A stretch of 64,000 bases of DNA. Source: Psilocybe cubensis (Eukaryota). Position numbers and translations under genes: made by a program. Location: contig CM039000.1 in the NCBI GenBank assembly GCA_017499595.2, forward strand, positions 3,100,001 through 3,164,000, written 5' to 3'. Position 1 is the stretch's first letter. Each line of letters opens with the position of its first letter. This document shows positions 54,347-63,710 of this stretch, piece after piece. The notes under the pieces were generated by a model. The model worked only from the letters and a program-made list of their open reading frames with translations. It was not told the origin of the DNA and made no database searches.

Positions 54347-55464
54347 AATCGAGGATTCCGAGCTGGACTCCAAGTCTAGTCCAACCGAACGCTGGAAATT
54401 TGAAAGCGACTATTCGAGTCAAGCTTCCTGCTTCGTGACGTGATAACGATATCCTGACAGGAGGAAGAGGACTAGGAGAGAGGGGGTACAGTGGGGCAAA
54501 ATTATCCAGCGTCCTCCATCCTTGGTATTTATACATCCGCCTCGTCGAAATTGCAAAATCTGGGCGGTGGGACGAACAGATCTGGATTTTTCCTGCCATT
54601 CGAAAATGATGACGAAGTGTTCCGACGGCGTTTGCGCCTCCTGTATATACGAACCTAAGTATAATCATAATCATAATCGTACACAGTGGCAAAACGGTCC
54701 CAAAGCGAATATGCGAGACACAGTATAAAAAAAGGAATTCCAAGTGAAGCGTCAGTGACGGCGGCTAACGCGTGGATCCTCCCGGATGTCGGGGACGTTT
54801 GATAGCCCCTTGGCGTAGGAAAATACGAAAAAGGGATAATATATATTTGTACACAGTTCGTATCGGTGCAAGCGGGATTTTTGTGATTTGGGCAGTGTAC
54901 ACTGCACAGGGGCTGGCGAACGGGGCGGGTTCATCATCACCGAATAGGCGATGAAGACGTGGATTATGTTAATGAACCCCTCAACTCCAAGTCAGCTGCG
55001 AATGACTGGAGCAAGAAACATGGTGATGATGAAAGTATGGGCTTACTTTACAGCGATCCGACGGAGATACATACCCCGGAACCCCAAAAGAAGACGCTTC
55101 ATCAGCTCGAAGAACAAAAATGGAGCGGCGGTGGTACTAATAGTTGATCTACGTGAGGAACCAGAGGTTATTTGTGGGCTGTAAATCAAGGTAATACTGG
55201 CGCAGGTCGGAGTCGGGTGGGAGGAGTCGAAATACATCATGCAGGGTCTACCTTCCCAACAAAGAATCTAATCTAAATTTAATCAAGTCTGTGGCGTCCC
55301 CTTTGATTTTTGTCTAATCGCAAAGCAGCGCCAGCCAATAGGTAGATCAACGACTAGACAGAATTTATTAACGACAAAAACCCAGATAGAGCAGATAATA
55401 GACAGATATAAGGTAACATAAATATGTGCGCCGCGCAGAGGACGAGGCACACTTCAAATTTCCA

Positions 55465-56712
55465 TCAAGTCTTGAAGGTATGCACAACGTCGTCGTCCTC
55501 GTCGCTCCACAGCAAATCAAAGTCTTCCTCGTCACTGGGGAAGCCCAGGTTATCCTTCCGCCCACCGGACGCAGGAAGAACATGGTGTCTTTAGAATAAA
55601 CATTGTGAGCAAGTCGAGCCAGTAGACAGAAGATAGCACACGCACTTGTCGAGGAACTCTTCCAGCCCAGCATCACCTGCTTCCCAATCCACCCGTACCC
55701 AGTTATGCACAAGTTCGCCGTTGCGGTACACCAGCATCGTAGGTAGCATATCCAGATCGACTTCATCTTCCTCATATGCATCTTCATCGTCTTCGTCATA
55801 GTCTTTATCGTCGTATGCATACGGATCGTCGTCGTCGTCTTCACGCACAGAGTTCAGGCGGGATTTAAGGGGTTTGGATTTGTTCGAGGAGTTCCGTGAG
55901 GCGAAACCCAATGTTGCGGCTCGCGCGCGGAGGAATTTGGTATCAGGGTATGTCCGCGCTAGCTTGGCCAGCGTTTCGTCAACAAGGTAACATCTTTCTA
56001 ATGACTAGAAATAATAACAGGTTTGAGAAGAGAGAATTAACAAGACAACAAGACCACTCACCGAGTCGTACAGATGCACCACGACCCAAACGCCCTTATC
56101 TTCTTGCTCAACCGCGCTCAAAAACCCCTTCAACCCAACCTCCCTAAGATGCCCAAACTTTGCCTCCCGCTTCTGGCCAAACACATCCCGCCGCTCGCGC
56201 ATCCTATCAAATTCCCTCATAACTAAATCGTCCGCCTTCTCCCCGCGCCCCGCCTTCTCGCGCTCCTCCTCAAGGAACGTCTTCCCGCCCAAATTCGTCG
56301 CCTCCATCTTCGCGCGCAGCTCCTCGGCATCGCGCAGGCGCTTGTCGCGCTGGATCTCAGCCGCCTCGTCGCGATCGCGGATGACGCCCTTGACGCCTGT
56401 GCGCCCGGGGCCCATGCCGATGGATTCCTGTTGCTGCTGCTGCTGGGCGTCGAGCCGCTTGGCGGCGTCGCGCCGCGCGGTGTCGGAGTCGTAGTCGAGC
56501 CCCTTCTCCTGCGCGGCGAGCTCCTCGTCGTGCCATCCGTGATCGGAGTCGTGGTCGGGCGAGGGCGAGCGGGGTGGCGAGCTTGACCGCGAGCCGCCGT
56601 TAAAGAAGTCACCGGAGAGGATAAGCGCTTCGATGTCTGCGTTCTGGTGTCAGAACGAGTGTGAGTATCGATGTGATTGCGATTGCGATGAGGACGACAT
56701 GCAGCTCACCAT
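55465..56712 (-). CDS. Phosducin-like protein (thioredoxin fold); the first coding exon is only the ATG
   Basis: GRTGVKGVIRD (phosducin TGPKGVI motif), FGHLREV, VVVHLYD, LPTMLVYRNGELVHNWVRVD; ATG|gtgagc at 56712. Confidence 0.85.
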
Positions 56713-57176
56713 TGTGGTTAAGAATGCGTGGGGAAGATGGATAAGATATGAACGAGCGAGTCGAGCAGAGGCTTGTATCCGGATAATAGGTTTATTTATT
56801 TAGACGAGCTGTAAGCCCTGTATGTATAGATGGATCATTAACATCAGCGATCGAGATCTGAGCTCGCTCATGTACCTGTTCCAAGCAGATTCTACGAGCA
56901 CATTGGATGAGGCATGATGTACCAGATATGCAGAAAGTTCAGCTCACAGTATCTTCCTGGCCAAGGCGCTGGAGTTGGGAGCGGCGGAGGTGAGGAAGAG
57001 GATTGGGGAAGGAGGAAGAGGTACGCTGGTCAAGCCGTACGTGGTCCCCCTATAATTGAATTGAAAAAGGCCCTGGATCCACGTGGGGCCGCCGGAAAGC
57101 CAAGCTAAAACCCCCGCGGCTAACAGGGACAAATATGTCCCAATTAGGGAATGGGAGCCGACAAGGACCTACAAGC

Positions 57177-57318
57177 TGTCACGGTTTAGACCGTGACCCT
57201 AGTCCGTGCACAGGTCCAAGCACCGTCTAGTATTTAGTTCGTAGATTACGCACCTTTGTTCCTTGTCGAATCAACACGTTTTCCCTGTTGTCTTCGAATC
57301 CTGTCCTTGCCCGTGACA
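57177..57318 (+). repeat. 5' LTR (142 bp)
   Basis: TG...CA ends with 8-bp terminal inverted repeats; identical by eye to 62726-62867. Confidence 0.95.
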
Positions 57319-57320
57319 GT

Positions 57321-57330
57321 TTGATTCGAC
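57321..57330 (+). other. Primer-binding site complementary to the LTR R region (self-priming type)
   Basis: TTGATTCGAC lies 2 nt after the LTR end and is the exact reverse complement of GTCGAATCAA at 57265-57274. It lacks the TGG start expected for a tRNA-CCA primer. Confidence 0.75.
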
Positions 57331-57434
57331 CACTAACATATTCTTGACAACTTTGTATTCAGTCTAATTTAACTTACCCCAGTTTATATTATCTTCTTTC
57401 CCACGAAAACCTGCCCAACCGTGTACAATCAACA

Positions 57435-58529
57435 ATGTCTCAGAATCCCCAGTCATCCTCTTCACTCCCTCCCTTTGAATATCCAACTCTCAACCCTCAA
57501 CAACCCTCAGAAAGTCAACAAACCTCCAACCAATCACCATTCTCTTCCGTCGATCATGAGCGAGATGTGTTGTATCGAAGCATCTTTGCTTTGGGAACAA
57601 ACATGGACAGTTTCGTGCGACATCAAACCGAAAGCACGGCTGCTACCAATGCCGTTCTCAATGCAATGATGGAACGCTTGACGCTTTCACGCCCAGCCGC
57701 GGCCAGTTCGAGTGTACCCAAGTTCCGTGAACCGCGCAAATTTAACAGGAAGGCTGACGAAGTCGAACCTTTCCTGCGCGAGATTCGTTACGCACTCAAC
57801 CTCCAAGCTAATGCGTTCTCGACCGAACTTGCGAAGTGTCAATATTTTGCATTGTACCTTGCAGATGGCACTCCGACAAGCTGGTACACTACGGTCGAAC
57901 GCTCGCCTGAGAAACGTGGACTCCTTGACAACTTCGAGTTACTTGTCAAGGACTTTATTGAACACTTCGACGAGCCGGATCGTTATGCTAAAGCTTTACG
58001 CAAGTTGCGCAAGCTTCGACAAACCGGTTCCGCCGCCGATTACACTTCGCGCTTTCTCGAACTTGTCAGTGAGCTTAACTGGACCGATCAGACGAAAATT
58101 CAGCACTACTTCGATGGATTGAAGGATACGGTGCAGGATACCTTGGTAAATCGCAAAGGGCGATATTTTACGGAGAAATTTGTGGAGTTTTACAAGCTAT
58201 GTATTGTTATCGACAATGAACTTCATGAACTCTCACTTAATCGCAGAGCAAACTCGTCCTTTGTACCCAAAAGAAATTCCTTCTCAAACCATTCCATCAT
58301 CGCTCCTCCTCAACATGCATCTACGTCTAGCAACCCGGATGTTGTGCCCATGGAAGTTGATGCTATGCGTCGAGGCATTACGTCCGAAGAACGTCAACGT
58401 CGTCTTAACGAGCATCTTTGTTTGTATTGCGGACAAGGACAACATTTGGCTGCAAATTGTCCCAACAAATCAGCAAAAGCAAAGTCGAAGGAGAAGAGAA
58501 AGGCTGCTCCCTCGTCGGGAAAAGCCTGA
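57435..58529 (+). CDS. gag: Retrotransposon Gag (capsid plus CCHC zinc knuckle)
   Basis: 364-aa ORF with LRQTGSAADYTSRF, YFDGLK, PMEVD and CLYCGQGQHLAANC. Confidence 0.95.
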   Translation: MSQNPQSSSSLPPFEYPTLNPQQPSESQQTSNQSPFSSVDHERDVLYRSIFALGTNMDSFVRHQTESTAATNAVLNAMMERLTLSRPAAASSSVPKFREPRKFNRKADEVEPFLREIRYALNLQANAFSTELAKCQYFALYLADGTPTSWYTTVERSPEKRGLLDNFELLVKDFIEHFDEPDRYAKALRKLRKLRQTGSAADYTSRFLELVSELNWTDQTKIQHYFDGLKDTVQDTLVNRKGRYFTEKFVEFYKLCIVIDNELHELSLNRRANSSFVPKRNSFSNHSIIAPPQHASTSSNPDVVPMEVDAMRRGITSEERQRRLNEHLCLYCGQGQHLAANCPNKSAKAKSKEKRKAAPSSGKA

Positions 58530-61500
58530 CCGGTAGTTCTTCGTTGGCCCTTGAGCTGCCGGAAAAAGATGAGAGGGCCCATCAGACCATTTCGGCGGCC
58601 AGCCACGTTCGTTGTTCTGACGGACGCTGGTTACCAGTTCGTCTTCCTGCTCCTGTTTATGTTTTCTCTTCTGCCCATTCTTCTGCTTCAATTTCGCCTG
58701 CTCATTTCTTTATTAACGTTACTTTATCTTTTCCGAATCACAAACCCATTCATACTTATGCCTTAATCGATTCTGGTTGCACAGATTCGTGTATTTCTGA
58801 CCGTTTTGCCACTCGTTATTCTCTTCCACGCCGTTTAAAACCTGTTCCTGTTCCAATACTTGCTGTTGACGACCGCCCAATTGCTTCGGGTCTAGTCACA
58901 CAAGATGTATTCACAAATCTTTCTGTTGATAAACATTCTGAGAACATTGCACTTTCAGTAGTATCTGTAGCATTTCCCATTATTCTAGGACTAGATTGGC
59001 TGCGTCGTCATAACCCTGCAGTCGACTGGTCTGATCCACTTATTTCTTTATCTTGTTGCAATCTTTCTCGTAGTAACAGAGTTTCAGTTCGACCTAGAGG
59101 CTTTGGTCTCGACAGTCATTCTAGTTCTAGTTTTGTTCAAGCTTGTTCTGTATTCCGAGTAGGGCTAGGCCTTGGTCTACGCGCCGACTCACCTTGGTTT
59201 TCCTCTGTCTTATCACCATCACCACCTCCCCAATCCTCTTCCTCTTCCACACCCAGTAACCCTCCCGCACCTTCGTTCCTCAGCTTCATGACCCGATGGA
59301 CTGGCTACGGTCGCTCCAACCTCGATGACATCACCATGAACCCGAAACCAAAAATCAAACTCCTCAACATCAACCGCTTCAAAAAGTATTCAAAAAATCA
59401 ACAAGTCTGCCTCCTCCGTGTTCATTCCCCCGATTCTCCCGCCTACATTGCCGCTACTAACCTCTCACCTTCACCTTCTATCAACGACATTTCCGAACCG
59501 CCTCCCATTCCAGCCGACTCACCACTTCCTGCAAAGTACTTTCCCTGGGCCAATTCAGTCTTTTCACCAACAGCCGTAGACGAATTACCTCCTCATCGTC
59601 CTTACGACTGTGCAATCGAGATTGAAGAAGGAAAGGAACCTCCATTTGGCCCAATGTATCGTTTAACCCAGGATGAACAAAAAGCCTTGTCGACGTACAT
59701 CGAAGACAATCTCAAAAAAGGCTTTATTCGTCGATCTACATCCTCCGCCGCCTCTCCTATTCTTTTTGTTCGCAAGAAGACGGGTGATTTACGCTTATGT
59801 GTAGATTACCGCGGGCTGAATGCGATCACCAAAAAGAACCGCTACCCTCTTCCTCACATTGACGACCTCCTCGATCGTACTCAAGGTTGCAAATTATTCA
59901 CTGTCATCGACCTTAAAAATGCATTCAATCTGATTCGCATTAAGGAAGGTGATGAGTGGAAGACTGCATTTCGGACAGCTCTCGGCCTTTACGAGTACCT
60001 TGTCATGCCTTTTGGTCTTACCAATGCTCCATCCGTTTTTCAAGCTTTTATTCAAGACACCCTTTGCGATTTTATAGGTGTATTTTGTGTTGTTTATCTT
60101 GATGATATTTTGATATTTTCTCGCACTCAGGAGGAACACGATATGCAGGTCAAGCTTGTTCTCGACCGATTGAAAGATGCACGCCTATTCGCTAATCCGA
60201 AGAAGTGTGAATTTGACAAGTCCGAGGTTGAGTACTTGGGGTATTTGATTGGTGCTGACGGCATCAAGATGAACCCTAAGAAGCTTGCCACGATAGCCGA
60301 GTGGCCTGTACCTCGTTCTACTCATGATGTGCAAGTTTTTCTTGGATTTTGTAATTTTTACCGTCGTTTCGTTGATCATTATGCAGATATTGCCCTTCCT
60401 CTTCATCGTTTGACTCGGAAAAATGTTTCTTTTCATTGGACCGACGTCGAAAGAAATGCTTTTGAAACTTTGAAACGTTCTTTTACTTCTTACCCTGTTT
60501 TACGTCATTTTGATCCTTCCAAACCTGCCACTCTTTCTACCGACGCTTCTGACTTTGCTCTTTCTGGTATTCTTCAACAACCTGACAAAGATGGTCTTCT
60601 CCACCCTGTGGCCTTTTATTCTAGAAAATTCTCCCCTGCGGAAATCAATTACGAAGTCCACGACAAAGAACTTCTTGCCATTGTCGACTCGTTCCGAGAT
60701 ATGCGCGCTTGGCTCATGGGTACTACTCATCCAATTTCAGTATTTTGCGACCACAAAAATCTGGAATACTTCATGAATACCCATGTTCTGAATCGTCGCC
60801 AAGCCCGCTGGTCAATGTTTCTCTCGGAATTCGATTTTCAACTCGACTGGAAACCAGGTTTACAAAATCCTGCCGATGGACCTTCTCGACAACCCGATTT
60901 TGAGCCCAAAAGGGGAGATGACGTCTCTGTCGCCCAGAATAAAACACTTCTCACACCCTACCATCTTCAACGCATTCATTCTTTTTCTTCACCCATTCCT
61001 CGTCCTACCCCTACAATTTCAATTTCTGCTACTAGTTCCACAATTACAACCCTTTCTATTGACAATTCCGAACTTTTACAGCGTTTCCAGGCGGCCTATC
61101 GAGAGGATACAGAATGGCGCGAAGCACTCGTTCATGGAAACCCGGATTTCTCTGTCAAGGATGATATCATTTTTTATAAAGGTCGTGTCTTTGTTCCACA
61201 GTCCTTGCGTGCTGAAATCCTCTACCAGCGCCATGATTGTGTGCTTAGTGGTCATCCCGGTCGCACCCTGACTGCCAGTAATGTCCTTCGTGACTACAAT
61301 TGGCCTGGAGTCCAGACATATATCCGCCGCTATGTTCAAGCATGCGACGTATGTAATCGTATCAAGATTCCACGCCACAAGCCTTACGGTCTCTTGAAAC
61401 CCCTCGACATTCCTACGCGTCCATGGAAGTCTATTTCGATGGATTTCATCGTCAAATTACCCAAATCCCACAATTATGACTCGATTTGGGTTGTTTGCGA

Positions 61501-62713
61501 TCGTCTTACCCGTGCCGCTCATTTCATACCATGCAATGAAACAATTTCCGCCCCTGATCTTGCGTGGTTATTTGTCGATCGCATACTTCGTTATCATGGT
61601 CTGCCGGACTCAATCATCTCGGATCGAGGTTCACTGTTTGTCTCAAACTTCTGGAAAGCTCTGATGTCTCGTCTTGACATTAAAACTCGTCATTCCACTG
61701 CCTATCATCCCCGTACAGACGGTCTTACTGAACGGACGAATCAGTCACTCGAGACATACCTTCGTGCATACTGCTCCTATCAACAAGATGATTGGGTTGA
61801 TTACTTACCACTCGCCGAGTTCGTTTTCAACAACACAGTTAATTCTTCGACCAAACAAACACCTTTTTATGCCAACTATGCTTATCATCCCACCTTTTCT
61901 CCTCAAATTGCAGAGATTTCTACGGTGCCAGCTGCTGAAGACTTAGCCAAACGTCTCGACGTTATTCATCAAGAACTCAAGGCCGAACTTCAGTTTGCTC
62001 AGGAACGTCAGAAGGAAACTTTTGATCGTAAAGTTCTCCCTTCGCCAAAGTACGCCCCTGATCAGCTCGTTTGGCTCCTTCGTCGTAACATCCGTACCAC
62101 GCGCCCTTCGTTGAAGCTCGATCACCGTCGCCTGGGACCGTATCCCGTTATTCGAGAAATAGGAAATGATTCTTATCTTTTAAAACTTCCGCCCTATCTT
62201 TCGCGTTTACATCCCGTTTTTCATACTTCGCTTCTTGAACCTTACTCTGACCCTTCTGAATTCCACCCCCATGCTTCGCCTGACCTTTTTGTTCTCGCGG
62301 ATGACCCCGCATTATCTATTTCTTCCTTCCTTGATTGTCGTAAAGTAGGTCATCGTTACGAGTATCTCGTGCGATGGCAAAATTCTTCTGACTCCGAAGA
62401 TTCTTGGATTCCACTTTCTGATATTCCTACATCTTATAACGAACTTTTAACTCGATTCCACCGTCGGCATCCTCGTGCACCACACCCTCATACTTTCGAT
62501 TTCGACCGTAACCTCCACAACATGGACAATCCGACGGTACCCGAGGAAAACAATTCAAACCCTTCCATTCCTTCTGATTCTATTTCACACATCCGTCCGA
62601 CTACCCCTCCTCCTGTTCGTAACAACCTCCGTAGTTCTTATGTACCCCCTCCTTTTACCACCCTTCGTTCTGGTCGTATATCTCGTCCTCGACCTTCCCC
62701 AGATGCCGCATAA
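58418..62713 (+). CDS. pol: Retrotransposon Pol (protease, RT, RNase H, integrase, chromodomain), -1 frame relative to gag; probably entered by frameshift near 58520
   Basis: ALIDSGC (PR); LCVDYRGLN, MPFGLTNAP, YLDDILI (RT); TDASD, DKELLAI (RH); H..H..CDVC, SMDFI, SDRG, DGLTER (IN); GPY; YLVRW..EDSWIP (chromo). Uninterrupted 1431-codon frame. Confidence 0.95.
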   Translation: MFVLRTRTTFGCKLSQQISKSKVEGEEKGCSLVGKSLTGSSSLALELPEKDERAHQTISAASHVRCSDGRWLPVRLPAPVYVFSSAHSSASISPAHFFINVTLSFPNHKPIHTYALIDSGCTDSCISDRFATRYSLPRRLKPVPVPILAVDDRPIASGLVTQDVFTNLSVDKHSENIALSVVSVAFPIILGLDWLRRHNPAVDWSDPLISLSCCNLSRSNRVSVRPRGFGLDSHSSSSFVQACSVFRVGLGLGLRADSPWFSSVLSPSPPPQSSSSSTPSNPPAPSFLSFMTRWTGYGRSNLDDITMNPKPKIKLLNINRFKKYSKNQQVCLLRVHSPDSPAYIAATNLSPSPSINDISEPPPIPADSPLPAKYFPWANSVFSPTAVDELPPHRPYDCAIEIEEGKEPPFGPMYRLTQDEQKALSTYIEDNLKKGFIRRSTSSAASPILFVRKKTGDLRLCVDYRGLNAITKKNRYPLPHIDDLLDRTQGCKLFTVIDLKNAFNLIRIKEGDEWKTAFRTALGLYEYLVMPFGLTNAPSVFQAFIQDTLCDFIGVFCVVYLDDILIFSRTQEEHDMQVKLVLDRLKDARLFANPKKCEFDKSEVEYLGYLIGADGIKMNPKKLATIAEWPVPRSTHDVQVFLGFCNFYRRFVDHYADIALPLHRLTRKNVSFHWTDVERNAFETLKRSFTSYPVLRHFDPSKPATLSTDASDFALSGILQQPDKDGLLHPVAFYSRKFSPAEINYEVHDKELLAIVDSFRDMRAWLMGTTHPISVFCDHKNLEYFMNTHVLNRRQARWSMFLSEFDFQLDWKPGLQNPADGPSRQPDFEPKRGDDVSVAQNKTLLTPYHLQRIHSFSSPIPRPTPTISISATSSTITTLSIDNSELLQRFQAAYREDTEWREALVHGNPDFSVKDDIIFYKGRVFVPQSLRAEILYQRHDCVLSGHPGRTLTASNVLRDYNWPGVQTYIRRYVQACDVCNRIKIPRHKPYGLLKPLDIPTRPWKSISMDFIVKLPKSHNYDSIWVVCDRLTRAAHFIPCNETISAPDLAWLFVDRILRYHGLPDSIISDRGSLFVSNFWKALMSRLDIKTRHSTAYHPRTDGLTERTNQSLETYLRAYCSYQQDDWVDYLPLAEFVFNNTVNSSTKQTPFYANYAYHPTFSPQIAEISTVPAAEDLAKRLDVIHQELKAELQFAQERQKETFDRKVLPSPKYAPDQLVWLLRRNIRTTRPSLKLDHRRLGPYPVIREIGNDSYLLKLPPYLSRLHPVFHTSLLEPYSDPSEFHPHASPDLFVLADDPALSISSFLDCRKVGHRYEYLVRWQNSSDSEDSWIPLSDIPTSYNELLTRFHRRHPRAPHPHTFDFDRNLHNMDNPTVPEENNSNPSIPSDSISHIRPTTPPPVRNNLRSSYVPPPFTTLRSGRISRPRPSPDAA
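58517..58579 (+). other. -1 programmed ribosomal frameshift signal: slippery heptamer plus H-type pseudoknot
   Basis: G GGA AAA in gag phase at 58517-58523, 6-nt spacer, stem 1 58530-58539/58553-58562, stem 2 58546-58552/58573-58579. Confidence 0.8.
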
Positions 62714-62725
62714 AAGGGAAGATGA
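62712..62725 (+). other. Polypurine tract
   Basis: AAAAGGGAAGATGA abuts the 3' LTR and overlaps the pol stop codon (TAA 62711-62713). Confidence 0.8.
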
Positions 62726-62867
62726 TGTCACGGTTTAGACCGTGACCCTAGTCCGTGCACAGGTCCAAGCACCGTCTAGTATTTAGTTCGTAGATTACGC
62801 ACCTTTGTTCCTTGTCGAATCAACACGTTTTCCCTGTTGTCTTCGAATCCTGTCCTTGCCCGTGACA
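62726..62867 (+). repeat. 3' LTR (142 bp)
   Basis: Identical by eye to 57177-57318 and followed by the TSD CAAGC. Confidence 0.95.
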
Positions 62868-63710
62868 CAAGCTTTTTGTGAGGGTTATTGATGAAGAGTG
62901 ATAGAGCGGCCAATGCGACGTCAATTTATATAGAAAACTGCCGGAATATCTCTGATTTATATGTTTTCGAGTTTTACGATGAAATATTTTTATCTACAGG
63001 AGGTGTTCGCCTTCAAGTTTGAAAAAGCCCGTCAAATGCGCACCAAATGTACAAAATTGGGATCATATAAGTAACAAATCTTTTGGCAGAGCTAAGGGTC
63101 TAATCTATAAAGATATAATATCAGTTTAAAGTCCTAACAGTGGGTATGAACCCAGGATGCTGCGCTGCGCTTTATTTTTAGACATCTGATCCTCGCGTCG
63201 TTTGAGCTCTGTGCATCCTTAGCTTCACCATAGCCTTGCACACAATACATGATTAATAGAGTAGTTCGAGTCAATTTATGAGCAACAAACGATCTTAAGA
63301 ACCCAACACAAATATTCAAGAATCAAGGCGTTGTATTTTAAAAAATAATTCATCAGATACCAATAATAAAACGTATCTACGCAGCATCATTCTCACATTA
63401 TCATAGATAATCCAAGAGACACAATCTGCTCTTCCCAACTCCTCCTCGAGAAACATCAGACAAGGGCTGAAGCAGAGGAAAGGACGATGCCCAAATAGGC
63501 AACAAGTGATACTGCAAGGCGCGATTCCCACGCCCCTTTGTCTCTTCCCCGCGATCATCCCACCTCGCAAGGCTGGAGCTCCACGCTCGCGGAGTCGACC
63601 ATCGCCCTTCTCTCTGTGCCTGCGCCTGACGGCGGGGCCTGTACTTGTTCCTGTACAATACCACTGACGACCGATACCCATAACGAGCTTGACGACATTT
63701 ACTGATCACC

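Larger units (their letters stand above)
57177..62867 (+). mobile_element. Full-length Ty3/Gypsy LTR retrotransposon (chromovirus, Tf1/sushi-like), 5691 bp
   Basis: Two identical 142-bp LTRs (TGTCACGG...CCGTGACA), 5-bp TSD CAAGC (57172-57176 and 62868-62872), gag plus PR-RT-RH-IN-chromo pol, PPT before the 3' LTR. Confidence 0.97.

Noticed and set aside
56809-57172. Minus-strand AGGTCCTTG ... ACATACAGGGCTTAC resembling RNase MRP/P P4 strands
   Set aside because: No GAAAG CR-I context, no P1 pairing of the ends and too little room for P2/P3; probably chance.
57292-57312. TTCGAATCC in the LTR (also GGTTCGATACC near 19838) resembling a tRNA T-loop
   Set aside because: No cloverleaf, A-box or acceptor stem; no tRNA gene supported in the window.
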